Positions 25,531 through 39,224 of a stretch of DNA of 64,000 bases are shown piece after piece. Position numbers and translations under genes: made by a program. The notes beneath the pieces were generated by a model. The model saw only the letters and a list, made by a program, of their open reading frames with translations. It did not search any database and was not told where the DNA came from. Numbering within the stretch: the first letter of the stretch is position 1; every line of letters begins with the position of its first letter. Source of the DNA: the human T2T-CHM13v2.0 reference genome, Homo sapiens; NCBI RefSeq assembly GCF_009914755.1, contig NC_060930.1. One strand, given 5' to 3'.

Positions 25531-28401
25531 CCTTGGAACATGGAGGATAGCACTGGTTAATGATGAATAAAAGCTATGAGAACAGCTAGAAGCATAGAAA
25601 GCAGATTCATTGAGATGTGAAAATTATTGACTTTCACTGCATGATAAAATACATTTATATGTGCTTAGCTCCTGGTAAAATTAAGAATAAATTTGAAATT
25701 AGTGTCTCAATAATTATTTACTGTAATGTCAGTGATGTAAGTTTCTAGTGTCATGGTTGTATAGGGTATATTCCCAAACCTGATGCTCCTTTTAATTACT
25801 GTTTAACTTATTTAAAAACATATGGCTCAGAAAGGGGAAAGTGATGTAAATATTATCTGTTTAATTTACTAACCTTTCTATGCCCTTTTGGAAACAGCTT
25901 GTTTTAAGTCCGTAGAGATTTGGATACTCAGAATAAGCCTTCTGTATCACTTTCTAAACTGAATTTCACTACATGCAATTTGGACTTCTCTGAAATGAAC
26001 AACCACAGGGGTTTGAAAATTCTAGTACAGATTTATAACAAAATGAAAAAAGATTGGACACTGTCCAGAAACGTGTGATGGTACTCAAAGCAGAATGACA
26101 TTTGCTCAGTAAAGCTGCTGAAGTGTTACTTTCCTTAATACTTTTCAACATGAAATTTGTCTTCTTGTAAGCAGATTACATTCATAGACAGTGTAGGAAC
26201 AGCACTTTACAGCAGTAAATTAGATCAACCAAGGTACAAAAATTAGTGATGATTTTGCTTACAAATATCCATTGTAACAGTATTTCATTTTGTGAACCCT
26301 AAGGTCTAACTCTGTGGCACTGAAACTCTGTTCATTCACTACCCCACTCTTGTGTAGAGAGCCAATTTCTTTAGGGGTTATCTCATACTATAACACTATT
26401 ATTCTTCACTTATTGGGGAAAATAGGCATGCATTTTCAGGAGGTACAGATTAGAATGCTCAAGAGTGTGTGTGTGTGTGTGTTGAAAAATCTCTCTTTCT
26501 TAAGGTTCTCATATACTCCATTAGGAAGCATTCCCCAACCTTTCAATTAGAGTCCTGGCCTAGAACAATTAAACTGTGATGAGAAATTGTTATTTGCATT
26601 TCAAAGTAAAACTTTATGCATACATGCTACAGTATTAAATCATCAGTATCTGTGTATTTTGAGAGAAGCAAGCAGAGAGGTAAAAGGGCTTTCTTCCTGT
26701 CTCTGTAATAATCACTCTTTTATTCTGAACATAAACAGTCTATTACTTTGAAAATAAAGTAATATAACTTGTAAGCCTATAAGGAATTTCATCAGGCCAT
26801 CTTGTCCATCCTCCCTGAATCCAGAAAGGCTGAATATTAACACATCTTATTGAAATTGATCTGCTATTTTGAAAGCTGTCTTGCATCCAATTTCTTCTTT
26901 TGAGAAAATAGGAGGAAAGAGAGGGGAAGTTTAGAACTCTGCCTAGATGGGCTCAGGAGTGAGATCAGGTCAGATGGCATGGACTGAGGGAAAAAAACAG
27001 AGCCAAAGGATGAGAAGGACTGGAAGAGAGTAGAAGATTTTGGAGAAATCCACTTTATGATATGGCAGCAGAAAGAAAGAGAACCTTTGGCTTCGGCTAA
27101 CAACATAGATAGGAAGTGGGTTACCAAAATCATGAAGTCAGTTCAGATCCATTTTGTCAGAATCAGAATGAGGCTCACTCAGTAGCACAGGGTTTCTCTA
27201 AATTTCTTTGTTGGAAGACTCTACACTGCTCCGTGTATGCCAAGTGTGAATATGCATCTGTTGAGGGAGAGAGTTGGTTATGGTGATGGCCCTCTGTGTC
27301 CTACCTCTTTGACCCATGTTCTTCTTAATGAGCTGAAACTGCTTATGGTCTCATTGGGAGTCTATGTTCTCCTTCAGTACATTTTCTGGTTCTCCTTTTT
27401 GGATTACTGCACAAACTGCTGGAGTGCTAGCTGTAGGGTTGGGTATTGGTGGGAAGAGCAAAAGACAGCATTCTTATTCTGATAATCTCCTCCGTGGTCC
27501 TATAGCTCTCTGTTTTCTTGTATTAAACTTCTGATATACTACAGGCATCTCTTCTTAGGATCCTTTCAAGAATTAAAAAAAAATTGTTGTTCTGGAACTG
27601 GCCAACTCCACTGTATTGCATGTTGAAGTACACAAAGGGATTGCAGGAATATAAGTCATAGCTGCCATGGAGCAGCATGTCCTGTATGCAACGGTGTAAG
27701 TAGTAGTTTACAGGAGCTGAGCACCGGCAATCAAAATAGAAAGCATGTTGTTCATAAGATGTGAAGAAGTGTTATACTTAATGATACACAACTGGTACAT
27801 CTCCATGTGGCTAGCAGTATAAAGGGACATACAGATCTGGAAGTCTTTAAACAGTGCATGCCAAATCAGTTGACCTTCCAGTAGATTTCTCTGGAGTTGT
27901 GGTTGAGAGGTTGAGAGATTTAGAAATGAGGATGGAAGGTGAGATAATGTACGTGATGAAGACTGACTGATACATTTTTTTGTGGGAAAATTTACCTTAA
28001 GTCCTGAAGAGCTGATAGAGCTTCCACGCTAGAATAAAAACTCTTTGTGTGTCTTGAATATACATCTTTGATTTACAATTACCTTGGCTCTTAGTTGGCT
28101 CTCAGACAATGTTTGTTGGAATAAGTCTAAGAGAATCAATATATAAAGTATAAATAAATCTAGGACTGCTTATATATACATCCTGTTAGGAAGATTATCT
28201 TTATTGTTATTTTCAAATACATATTAAATAACTGAGATTGGAATTAATGTGATGTTCTTTAATTCATGCAGATAAGAGGTTTACTTTATTTAACACATAC
28301 TTGGCTTACTAAATATCAGAAAGTTAATGTCCTAAAATAAACCTTATCCTTACCTATTTCTCTGAGTTGGTAATGTTAGACACTTTTCCAGGAAATGAGA
28401 G

Positions 28402-28997
28402 TGTGTTAGTTTTCTATTCCTGAATAACAATATTAACACCAACTTAGCACCTTAAAAGAACATACTAACAGTTAACTCACAGTTTCCATGAGCCAAGTTT
28501 GGGCATGGATTCACTGGATTTTCTGCATAAGAATCTCACATTGCAGTAAAGGTATGGGATAGGTTGGGGGTCTCATCTCAAGGCTTGACTGGGGAAAGGG
28601 CCCATTTTCAAGCTCATGTGGTTGTTGGTAAAATTCAATTCTTTGCAGTTGTAAGAATGAGGGATTCAATATTTGCTGGTTGTCAGCCAGGGGACACCCT
28701 CAACTCTGCTTCTTGTTGGCTGGAGGCTGCCTCAGTGTCTTTTCATGTGGGTCTTCCCCAAACTGCTGTTTGCTTCCTCAAAGGCAGCAAAAGAGATAAT
28801 CTCTTTGTAATATACAGCTTACACTTCTATGTAGTCTAATCCTGGAAGTGATGTCTCATCACCTTAGTTTATCAGATAGTCTGTTGGTTAAAAGCAAGTC
28901 ACAGGTTTCACCCACAGTCAGGGAGGGAGGATCACAGAAAGGCATGAACAATAACAGGAGGGGGATTGCAGGGCCATAGTAGGGTATGTTCACCACA
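28402..28997 (-). mobile_element. MLT1-family MaLR LTR (MLT1E/F-like)
   Basis: tgtgttagttttctatt...gtggttgttggtaaaattcaattctttgcagttgtaag...aaagcaagtcacaggt...caccaca. Confidence 0.7.
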
Positions 28998-30581
28998 TAT
29001 AGGGAGGGAGAAAACACAATTCTTGTAACTTCTGTAATTTCATCAGTAATAAAGCCTCATGGAAAATATTTACTTAGGTTGAATAACACAAATATTTCAG
29101 ACATTAACACAGTCAGTTAGAGAAGGTTTTTTCCCGTTTCTATTTCACTTAATTTGACAGAATTGCACGTTCTTCTATGGGGTTTGAAAGTTGCCTTGCT
29201 AAATTATTTTTGCATTATTAGATTTTGAAAAACAATTGGTATTAGTGGGTGATTATAAAGCAAAATACTTATTGAGTAAAGCCTTGAGGAAAGTGATGAT
29301 AGTCAAGGAGATAACGTTCACTCTTAGCCCCCAGATTTACTCTCATTTAGTTCTTTAAATCTGTATCCATTGTACTTATGTTGAATAGGTCTATGTTGCT
29401 GTTATTGTACCAATGTATAAATGTGTATAAATTCACTATGTAAGTCAGATACTTACACAGTGAATCAGAAGCCAAATTTCTAGACACTCTAAGAAACTCT
29501 GCCTGACTTTTCCACTAACCATGCCTTTTTTATTTTTTTCAAATTTATTACTGTCATTCTGTGATTGGTAAATATATCACATTGACTTTATCATATCTGC
29601 CCAGTCCTCTGTTTCTTGTCTTTGTGATTGGTTCTTTCTCTCTTTTTTTATTTTCTATTCTAGTGATCACTATCAGAGCTTGTTTCTGTCTACCATTTTT
29701 AAATCCTGCTTTTTTGATAAAATTTCTCTCTTTTCTACACTGTGTATAGAGATGTTTATTTTTATGGAGTAATTATTGACTGCTTGATAGCTTTCCCCAT
29801 GAAAATACTGAGGTTAATTAATTAAAATATTTCCTGTGCAATTTGGTCAATTTTTCCTTGACTTGAATTATTGTAAGTTGTATCTGTTTCAGCTTCCATT
29901 CTGTCATTATTTGTAGCTCCAAAATAAAGAATTCTCAGATGACTGAAGAAAATTGGGAATATGTTTTACACTGTTCAAATGAGACTCCCTCAGGGTTGAT
30001 TCAGTTAAGACATTTAAGTGGAGCAGAAAGTAATTTTAATTAAAATCTTCTTAAGTTTATAAGCATGATAAATCTGCTTCAAGAAGAAAAAAGGATATAG
30101 GATTGCAAATAAAAAGAGAAAACAGATATAGGTAATTTTGTTTTTACCTCTAACCTTAGCAATCTAAGCAGATTCTTTTTTGGCAGATGAGTAAAAAACA
30201 AATATAAAAATTAATAAATATAAAAAATTAATAAATATATCAAAACCATCACCAATGAATAATAGCCTCTCATTCATATTTACAAGAAGCTGGAACACCT
30301 AGATAAAGACGTGGATTCATTTGAAATTGCCAAAACCAGGTCTAGTTACCTAGTTACTGTCAGAGTCTGAGACTCTCTTGTCTCTTGAGCTACAATATAT
30401 ACATTTCTTTGGACAAACAAGAATTTACCACATGTGTGCATCATTTAGGTGATGCATAGAAAAACTTGAGAATTCTGGACTTGTCATTTTCGTCTCTCAG
30501 AGGACAATACTGCTGGCTTTTGTTGTTTTAAGAATTTGGAGTCATGTAACGTAGGTTGGGAATCAGGAGACTAATACTGAC

Positions 30582-30802
30582 CTGATGCAGGTGCCATTGT
30601 TGCGGCACAGATGATGAGCACACCAAGGGACGTGGCAGTTCTCAATATTCTTTCCATGTCGTGCTTCATCGATGATGAAGAATTCTTTGTTGTTTACTTG
30701 AAGGTCTAGAATGCAGCCCCTGAACCCATAAACAGGACCTGCTTTCTTATGAATTTGAACATTTGCAGGAATATGGCCAAGGAACATTGATTCAAAATAT
30801 GC
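30582..30802 (-). CDS. EYS: EYS internal coding exon, 221 nt (probably exon 35): end of a laminin-G domain and start of an EGF-like domain
   Basis: Acceptor ttgttactttttctacag|GCA and donor ATCAG|gtcagt. Translates AYFESMFLGHIPANVQIHKKAGPVYGFRGCILDLQVNNKEFFIIDEARHGKNIENCHVPWCAHHLCRNNGTCI, with the LamG GFxGCI motif and EGF CxNxGTC; recognised as EYS. Exon number is from recall. Confidence 0.97.
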
Positions 30803-31170
30803 CTGTAGAAAAAGTAACAACAAAAAATATTATAGGTTGTTGTCAGATTATGTGGAAAAGATGTAGGATGTTTGGTTCTGTAATTGGATGTGTTTTAATG
30901 TGTTTTTCTGTGTAAAAGAGGTTGCTATTGTTGGCTAGTTTTGTCACTTCTACTAGGTGGGGAGATAGACTGTTTTAGAAAATGGTCCTTTTTTACATCT
31001 CTTTTTTAGCTCTAACAATATCTAATAATATTTAGCAGAAAAATAGACACTCAGAAAAACTTGCTGATTGATTACTTTGAAATTTTTTTTGAGCTGATGT
31101 GTTTGCATTTTAGTGTAAACATTACCAAATAATAACTAAAAAAGAAAATAAAGCCATGTTAACTAATTGT

Positions 31171-31669
31171 TGTTAGGGGTTGAATTGTGTTCCCTCCAAA
31201 TTCATATATTGAAGTTCTAACCCCTAGTACCTCAGAATGTGACTTTATTTAAAAATAGGGTCATTGCAGATGTAATTTATTAAGATGAGGTCAATACTGG
31301 AATAAGGCAAAACTATAATCCAATAGGACGTTTTGGACATTTATAAGGACTTTTATAAGGACAATAGTCTTTTTAGGACTTTTATAAAGAAGCTTGGATA
31401 CAGACCGACTGGCACACAGGAATATTGCCATGTGAACAAAAAGGCGGAGATCAGGGTGATGCATCTATGGGCTAAGGAACATCAAATATTGCCAACACCT
31501 TACCAAAAATGAGTTAAGAGGCATTATCTTTCTCAAGTCATCATATGGAAAGAACCCTACAGTTCTTTAGTTTCTAGTTTCCAGAGCTGTAAGAACTGTA
31601 AGACATTTCTGTGGTTTAAGCCACCCAGTTTGTGGTACTTTGCTATGGCAACCCTGACAAACTAATGTA
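31171..31669 (+). mobile_element. MLT1B/C MaLR LTR
   Basis: gggttgaattgtgttccctccaaattcatatattgaagttctaacccctagtacctcagaatgtgac ... taagccacccagtttgtggtactttgctatggcaaccct. Confidence 0.85.
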
Positions 31670-31905
31670 ATCATAATATATTATAAATATCCTAAAATAT
31701 GAGCAAAATGTACGGTGCTTGCAAATGGTGCTTGGAATGTTGAAAATGTTACCGTTTCCTTTCTCCCAAATTTGAACATAAATATGCATGAGAAGTAGAA
31801 TTTTGCTTGGGTAATATTCACTTCCTTAATTCACCTTTTATTCCAAAATCAGATCAAGAAAAGACTCTTGCTTTGAGAAGACACAAAGAAATCACATCAT
31901 CTTAT

Positions 31906-33147
31906 TGGGATTACTGGCTAGCCATATGCAGAAGATTGAAGCTGGTCCCCTTCTTACACCATATACAAAAAGCAGCACAAGATGGATTACTTAAATGTAA
32001 AACCCAAAACTATAAAAACCCTGGAAGACAATCTAGGCAATACCATTCTGGACATAGGAAAAGGCAAAGATTTCATGACAAAGACACCAAAAGTAATTGC
32101 AACAAAAGCCAAAATTGACTAGTGGGATCTAATTAAACGTGAGAACTTCTGCACAGCAAAAGAAATTGTCAGCAGAGTAAATAGACAATCTAAATAATGG
32201 GAGAAAATTTTTGCAAACTATGCATCTTACAAAGGTCTAATATCTAGCATCTATAAGGAATGTATACAAATTTACAAGAGAAAAACAACCCCATTTGAAA
32301 GTGGGCAAAGGACATGAACAGACACTTTTCAAAAGAAGATATACATGCGGCCAAAAAGCATATGAAAAAAAGCTCAATATCACTGATCATTAGAGAAATG
32401 CAAATCAAAACCACAATGAGATACCATCTCACACCAGTCAGAAGGGTTACTATTGAAAAGTAAAAAAATAACAGACGCTGGCTAGGTTGCAGAGAAAAAG
32501 GAACACTTATACACTGTTGGTGGGAATGTAAATTAGTTTAGCCATTGTGGAAAGCAGTATGGTGATTCCTCAAAGAGCTAAAAGCAAAACTACCATTTGG
32601 CCCAGCAATCCCATTACTGGATATATACCCAAAGGAATATCAGTCATTCTACCATAAAGACACACGCACCTGAATGTTCATTTCAGCACTATTCATAATA
32701 GCAAAGATATGGAATCAACCTAAATGCCCATCAGTGACAGACTGGATAAAGAAAATGTGGTACATATACACCATGGATGGAATAATATGCAGCCATAAAA
32801 AAGAATGAGATCATGGCTTTTGTGGACACATGGATGGAGCTGGAGGCCATTATCCTCAGCAAACTAATGAAGGATCGGAAAACCAAATGCAGCATGATTC
32901 TCACTTATCAGTGGGAGCTAAATGATGGGAGCTTATGAACACAAAGAAGGAAACAACAGACACTGGGGTCTACTTGAGGGTAAAGGGTAGGAGGAGGTAG
33001 GGGAGCAGAAAAAATAACTATTGGGTGCTGGGCTTAATTCCCAGGTGATGAAATAATCTGTACAACAAAACATCATGACATGGTGTACCCATGTAACAAA
33101 CCTTCACATGTGCCCCCAAACCTAAAATAAAAGTTAAAAAACAAAAA
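31906..33147 (+). mobile_element. 5'-truncated L1PA (about PA13-PA16)
   Basis: ORF2 end, 3' UTR, aataaaagtt and an A tail. Degenerate TSD: aaagaaatcacatcatctta (31885-31904) and aaagaagtcagactatctta (33148-33167). Confidence 0.92.
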
Positions 33148-36100
33148 AAAGAAGTCAGACTATCTTAAAGGCAACCAAACCATTTATAGAAAATTAGTAG
33201 AATAAAGAGACTCTGTAAAATTAGGCTGTTGATCTACCTTTATTTGATCAATACAACAGGGCCACATCTTACATGGGATTTAGTTCTAAAGACGGCAAAT
33301 AAGATGAATATTTCATAGAAGCTAAATTGTCTTTGGAAATCCTTTAGCCACCACATTGGAAACTAACATGCTTTCTCCAGATAATTCCAACACAGCTACA
33401 TATTTCCTCCAGCTTTGGAATAGCTTGCTGTTTTTTCAGTGTAGCTGTAGATGAAGCTGGCATTTCATGTCATGTTGTATAAAAACTCTAGAACCCCCCA
33501 GTGTGTGGTGAGATGTACCACTGTCAAACTAAGAGGGAACTGATACTGAGTACAATAAATTCACTTCTCACATCTGATGTTCATTGCAGAGCTTATGTGC
33601 ATTGACCAGAATGATGCTAAAATCAGTTTACATGATTTAAGTTGCTACTTGATTTCTACTTTCCCACCCTCAGCAACATATATAATTGAATTCTCATAAT
33701 TTAGATGTACATAAAATGCAGACCTTCTCTGTAAGAATTTATGAGCTACAATTGAAGTCTAAATAATCTGGAAATAAGACACTGCTCTTCAGGGCTGTTA
33801 GGCATATGGCAGGTAGATGCAGCAACATTTGTGTGGGTAACATCTCTGATATCCCAATTCCCAAAACACACATTCATACCTCAAGTTGACATCTGAAAAG
33901 TATTTAAATTGGTATTACAGATACAATAAAATGGAATACTGTCATTGCCAGAATTAAAAAACTAAAGCCAAATAATTAAGTTAGGGGTCTGGTGGGAGGA
34001 CAGTGTGAGAGATGCCCAGCAATATTGCTTTACATTTATACTAATACGTGCTGTTTTCATGTGGATGTACTTTTAGAGAGCAGAAACATGTTTAATTCTA
34101 GGAAGAGCAAAGCATCTCCATGACCCGTAACAGGTCAAACTAACTCTGTATTTGAGATATTGTTCTTTTTAAAAGACTGAGTCTCTGCTCCTAAGGGTGT
34201 CTTTAATTTTTTTTCCTGAGTATTTCTTCTTATTTAGGTCCCAGAGGGTGATTATCTTTGTGTATGTTATGGTGGAAGCTAAAAGTTGCAAGGTGTATCA
34301 ATAGAGCTGTCACATAGCATAGGTGTATTTCTGTTTGTTTTCACATTCTACAAACTATTAGCAGATCTGTCTATTAGCTAAGATAAGTGATCCACTGTTA
34401 CAAGACTCTGCATCCAAAGGATGACCTTCCTCTCACTGAGGATCTCTGACATCTTTGTATATTGATCACACACCTGGAAAAGTGAACCTTTCACTGTTTT
34501 GACAAGTGTGCTCTTTAAGCACAAAACTGGTAGAGAATGGAAGAATACCCTCCTTTTCTGTCAGCAGTAGGAAGGTATGAAGGAAAGTCTATAGAGCTAT
34601 CAATGATTTATTAGACCATTAAAAAACACCCAAACAATGGAAATAGATGGCTCCTGTATTTCTTCTGATGTGAGGCTCATGCTTAGTTGGAGTCCTGAAA
34701 TGTCTAAAAAAGCAGATGTTGTTGGCTGCACACAGATTACCATTAAAATGGTCGACTTCCATTCCCAGACTTTCAATTATCCAAGAGACGACTTTTGTGT
34801 GTATAATTATTCCTAAGGAGACAGGTCTTTAACATAAGTCTTTTCTAATAATTCCTTGTGAATCAGACTATGAAGAATAAAATCTGACATCAAGATATGA
34901 TGGTACAAGATGAAAGCACAGAGAACAGACATGGACAATCAAGGAGGAATCATGAAAATAATAAAAAGTATCAGTGAAAACTGAGGGAAAAGGCCTCCAT
35001 ATCTGACAGGAGTGAAACGAACACTCCTTTTCCTTTAGAGTTTCTCTTTAAAGGAAGAATATAGTTATTCTTTTATGATACGTATGAATAAAATAAGAAA
35101 ATAGGCAAAGGGGAAGTAAAATTTAAAATCCATCAGGCAGGGGAGAGGGTAGATAAGAAGCTGTCCTATTTATTTTTTGTTTTGTTTTAATTTAAATTTA
35201 GATGTTGGAGTACTGCATATCTTTCTGTAATGACATCCTGATTTAATGTTTACTTTTATTTTGCATTCTCAATTCTGCGTCTGAAGTTAAATGACTTGTG
35301 TTACTAAAATATGGAGAGGTGATTATAAATATACTTTTCGGTTAAGATGAATTATCAGAGCGCACTTGTCTTTAAGATTATGATGACTTACAATTGAAAC
35401 AAACTGGCTTTTATTTAAGAGTCATTACCATTTTTGGTTTTTAACATTATCTGAATTGTATGGAAACAAATTTAAAATCAGAAACATTAAGTTTTGGAAT
35501 AAAGGTGGATAAGAAATGTTGGATAAAGTGTTTCAGAAGGATTTATTGAAGTAACTTTTCACATGTTAAAAAAGCTTAAATTCTTAAAAATTGTTTAAGG
35601 GAAATAAGTGAAAAGGGATAAAAAATAACACCAGCAATATTTATCAAAATTCCCATTCTTTTGCAGTTAAAGGATCTCTCTCTCCCTCTCTTTATCTTAC
35701 TTTTCCCTAAAGTATAATAATCTGTGAGCATATGATATCTTCTATGTTAATATATATTTTTATTTTTAGGACAGAGCCTTCACCCTGATTATCTTTGGAT
35801 TCTTGGAGTCCATAGAAGTGCCTTGAAAATAGAAAGTTTTATACACTTTTTTTTACAAATGACATGAAATCCAATCCTGCTTTTCCTCAATCTCTTAGTT
35901 GTCTTTTAGGCCTCTTTCCCCGTGTTATGCTGCCTTAGAATCTCGATATTTTGCTAGATTCAGCACATGGGATGTCCTTACAAGATCCCACTCAGAATAA
36001 ATGTTATATTATTATTCTAATATACCCTTCTATATTTTATATATATATATGGCATATTGCATAGGACAGTAGCTCACACAAGGTTATTTCTTTAAAAATT

Positions 36101-38519
36101 TGATAAATATGAGTGAAGTGATTATTGATGTTATGATCAATAATTCACAGTTAATATTTGATTCTTAAGGCTTTCTAGGCTAGGAAATTTTCTCAGAATA
36201 ATATCTCCTCACCTTTTTGAAGGGACAACTAAACTTTAGAGAAGCAATCAATAAACTGAGTTGCTACTTTGTGAACACATTGATCTAGGGAAGTGTAAAT
36301 AAAAAAGAAGTATGTGGGATTACTCTTGTCTATAAAGAAATTAAATATAATTTGGGGAATTAAATAATAAAAAAATTTGTTGCAAAATAATAACATATAG
36401 GTCAGCAAGATGGCAGAATAGGAAGCCCCAGACCCTCTTTCCCCTGTGGAGACACAGAAGCAACAAAAATACATGGACCAATTCCCTTTGAGAGGAATTT
36501 AGAAAACAGTTAAGAGGGTCCCACATGTCAGGTGATTGTGAAGCCAGCTGTATCAAAGCTGTAAGGAAAATTTATGGCATTCATTCATTATAGGTCCACT
36601 CCCCAACATAGCATGGCATGATGAAGAGAAAACTCCCAGCTTCCAGTTTTGCCTTGGGAAAAGAAATAGAAAACTAAAACATGTCCAGCATGCAGACTCT
36701 TTGGGGAGCTGTTTGAGTGATTGGATTTTGTCTTTTCTGATCCAGGAAAGGGTACCACATTGGGGATCACTGAGAACAAAGGTGATGGTTTGGACTAATA
36801 TGCAATCATTCACCACAGTCTCTTGTCCTGGCTTGGCATGGGATCAGAGAAAATTCTCACCTTCCAGTTTCTCACTAGGGAGGTAAAGAATGAGGGCATG
36901 TGTCCAGTGTTAATGGCTTTTTGGGGGCTTCTGTCTCACTAGTTTCTGTCTCACCTGTCTCAGAATGCTGATGGGACCTGGCTTACTCTCAATATCTGGG
37001 GACTGCTGAGAAAAAAAGAGTTTTGGGAGGCTTACTTCTGCTTCAAAGGACCCAGAATACAGAAGACAGAGGCTGGTATAGCTTCATGGCCTCTCCCTCA
37101 GGAGGGAGTGGGTGAAAGAGTGGATCATGCACCCAATGTTCTGGCTTTTCAGAATGTTACAAGAGACTAATATCTATCTTGTTTGACTGAGAGTGTTAAT
37201 GGGACTTGGCATACTCTAGAAGTCTGAGGGCTTCTGAGAATAAGAGAGATGGGCAGCTTGTGGCAGATCCAGAGAACCTGTAGTATCATATACAGAAAGT
37301 AAAGGGAGCAAGAGATTATGAGCTCCTGAAAGAAGAAACTGGAAAATCACTTTAATTGGGAGTCTGCAGGCACAAGTTCAGGGAAGACACATCCATAGGA
37401 AACACTGGAGAGGACCTCAGACTGACTGTTAAAGGTCTTTCCCTGTACAAAAAGCCAGTCCAAAAAGACTGGAAGAAGTGACTGTCTTATCAAATGTGTG
37501 GATTCCACCACAAAGTTAGAAAGCAAAGGAAGACAGAGGAAAGCATGGCATAATCAAAGGAACAAAATAGATCTCCAGGAGACAACCCTTTAAAAAGAGA
37601 TCTATATGAATTACCTGACAAAAAATTCGAAGTAACCATTTTGAAAATGTTCAGTGAGGAGAGAAAAGTGATGCTGAACAAAGTGAAACTATCAAAAAAG
37701 AGAAAATATGAAAGAGGACCAACCAAAAATTTTGGAGCTGAAAACTGTAATGCCTGAATTTAAAAATTCATTACAGAATTTCAACGGCAGGCTTGGTCAA
37801 GCAGAAGAAAGAATCATAAAATTCAAAGACGGATCACTTGGATGTCTCAAAAGGAGAAGAGAGAAAGAAAGAAGAAAAAGCTTATTCATAGAAATAATGA
37901 ATGAAAACTCCATAAATATGGGGAAGAAAATGTACACCCAGAATCAAGAAGCTGAAGTACTCCAACTGAAATGAACCTAAAAAAGTCCACTCTGAGACAT
38001 ACTATAGCCAAAACCAGAGAATTTTAAAAGATGCACAAAAAAGGCAACTTGTCATGTAAATGGGAGCTCCCATGAGACTATCAGTAGATTTTTTTCCACA
38101 GAAACCTTGCACATCAGAAGGGAAAGGGGTGATATATTTAAAGTGCTAAACATTTTTTAAAGGAACCTGCAAACCAAGAATACTGTATTTGCCAAAACTG
38201 TCCTCCAAGAATGAAGAAGACATAAAGACTTTCCCCATAAACAAAAACTGAGGAATTTAATCATTACATGTTCCTTACAAGAAATGCTAAAGGAAGTTTT
38301 TCCAGTTGAAATAGAAGAATACTAGACAACAACACAAAAACTTCTGAAAGTATAAAGCTGGCTAAAAATGGTAGGTATGTATACAAATATAGAATACTGT
38401 AATACTGTAATCATGGTGTGTAAATAAATTTTGGAATTTATTTATTTTCCATTTGTGCTATTATTTTATTGTTGTATTGTTATTTTTATGGTTTTTATTC
38501 TGAAATATTTTCTTTTTAA

Positions 38520-38587
38520 AGATTTCAACTTATTTTAGATACAAGGGGTACATGTGCAGGTTTGTTACCTGGGTATATTGCATGCTA
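38520..38587 (-). mobile_element. Short L1PA16/PB-like 3' tail nested in the old L1
   Basis: ttcaacttattttagatacaaggggtacatgtgcaggtttgttacctgggtatattgcatg. Confidence 0.7.
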
Positions 38588-39004
38588 ACTTTAGGAATTT
38601 AGAAATTAAGGGCAAAAGTATAAAATAACTATAATTATAAAATATGTTAACATGTACACAATATAAAATGAGGTTATTTTTATGATTAATAACATAAAGT
38701 GTGTGTGTGGGAGCAATAAAGGAATAGAGTTTTAGTATGTGATATTGAAGTTATTATTACCTTAAAATGTAAATGTACTGCTATAGCTATAAAATATGTT
38801 GTGTAAGCTTCATGGTAACCATAAAAAATACCTATAGAAGATACAAAAAAACAAAAAATGAAATCAAGTTATGTCATTAAAAAGTCACAAAGGAAGAAAG
38901 CAAGAAAGGAAATGAGTTACAAGAAAACTTGGCCTACAAGAGATTCACTTTAGATTTAAGGATACACACAATGAGAAAGTGAAAGTATGGAAAAATATAT
39001 TCCA

Positions 39005-39224
39005 TGATCATATTGTTGGGCTTTGTGTCCCCACCCAAAATCTCATCTTAAATTGTAATCCCCTAAATCCCCATAATCCCCACATGTCAAGGGAAAGACC
39101 AGATCAAGGTAATTTCATCATGGGGATAGTTTTCCCATGCTGTTCTTGTGAAAGCGGCAGTTCGCTTGAGATCTGATGGTTTTATAAGTGTTTGGTTCTT
39201 CCTGCGTTCATTCTCCTTCCTGCC
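39005..39224 (+). mobile_element. THE1/MST LTR, 5' half only
   Basis: ctttgtgtccccacccaaaatctcatctt...cccatgctgttcttgtga...gagatctgatggttttataag; similar to the LTR at 49877-50251. Confidence 0.85.

Noticed and set aside
30563-30823. ORF-track 86-aa ORF as a standalone gene
   Set aside because: It is the EYS exon read through its splice sites; MLLLFLQ is the polypyrimidine tract and RSVLVS is donor read-through.
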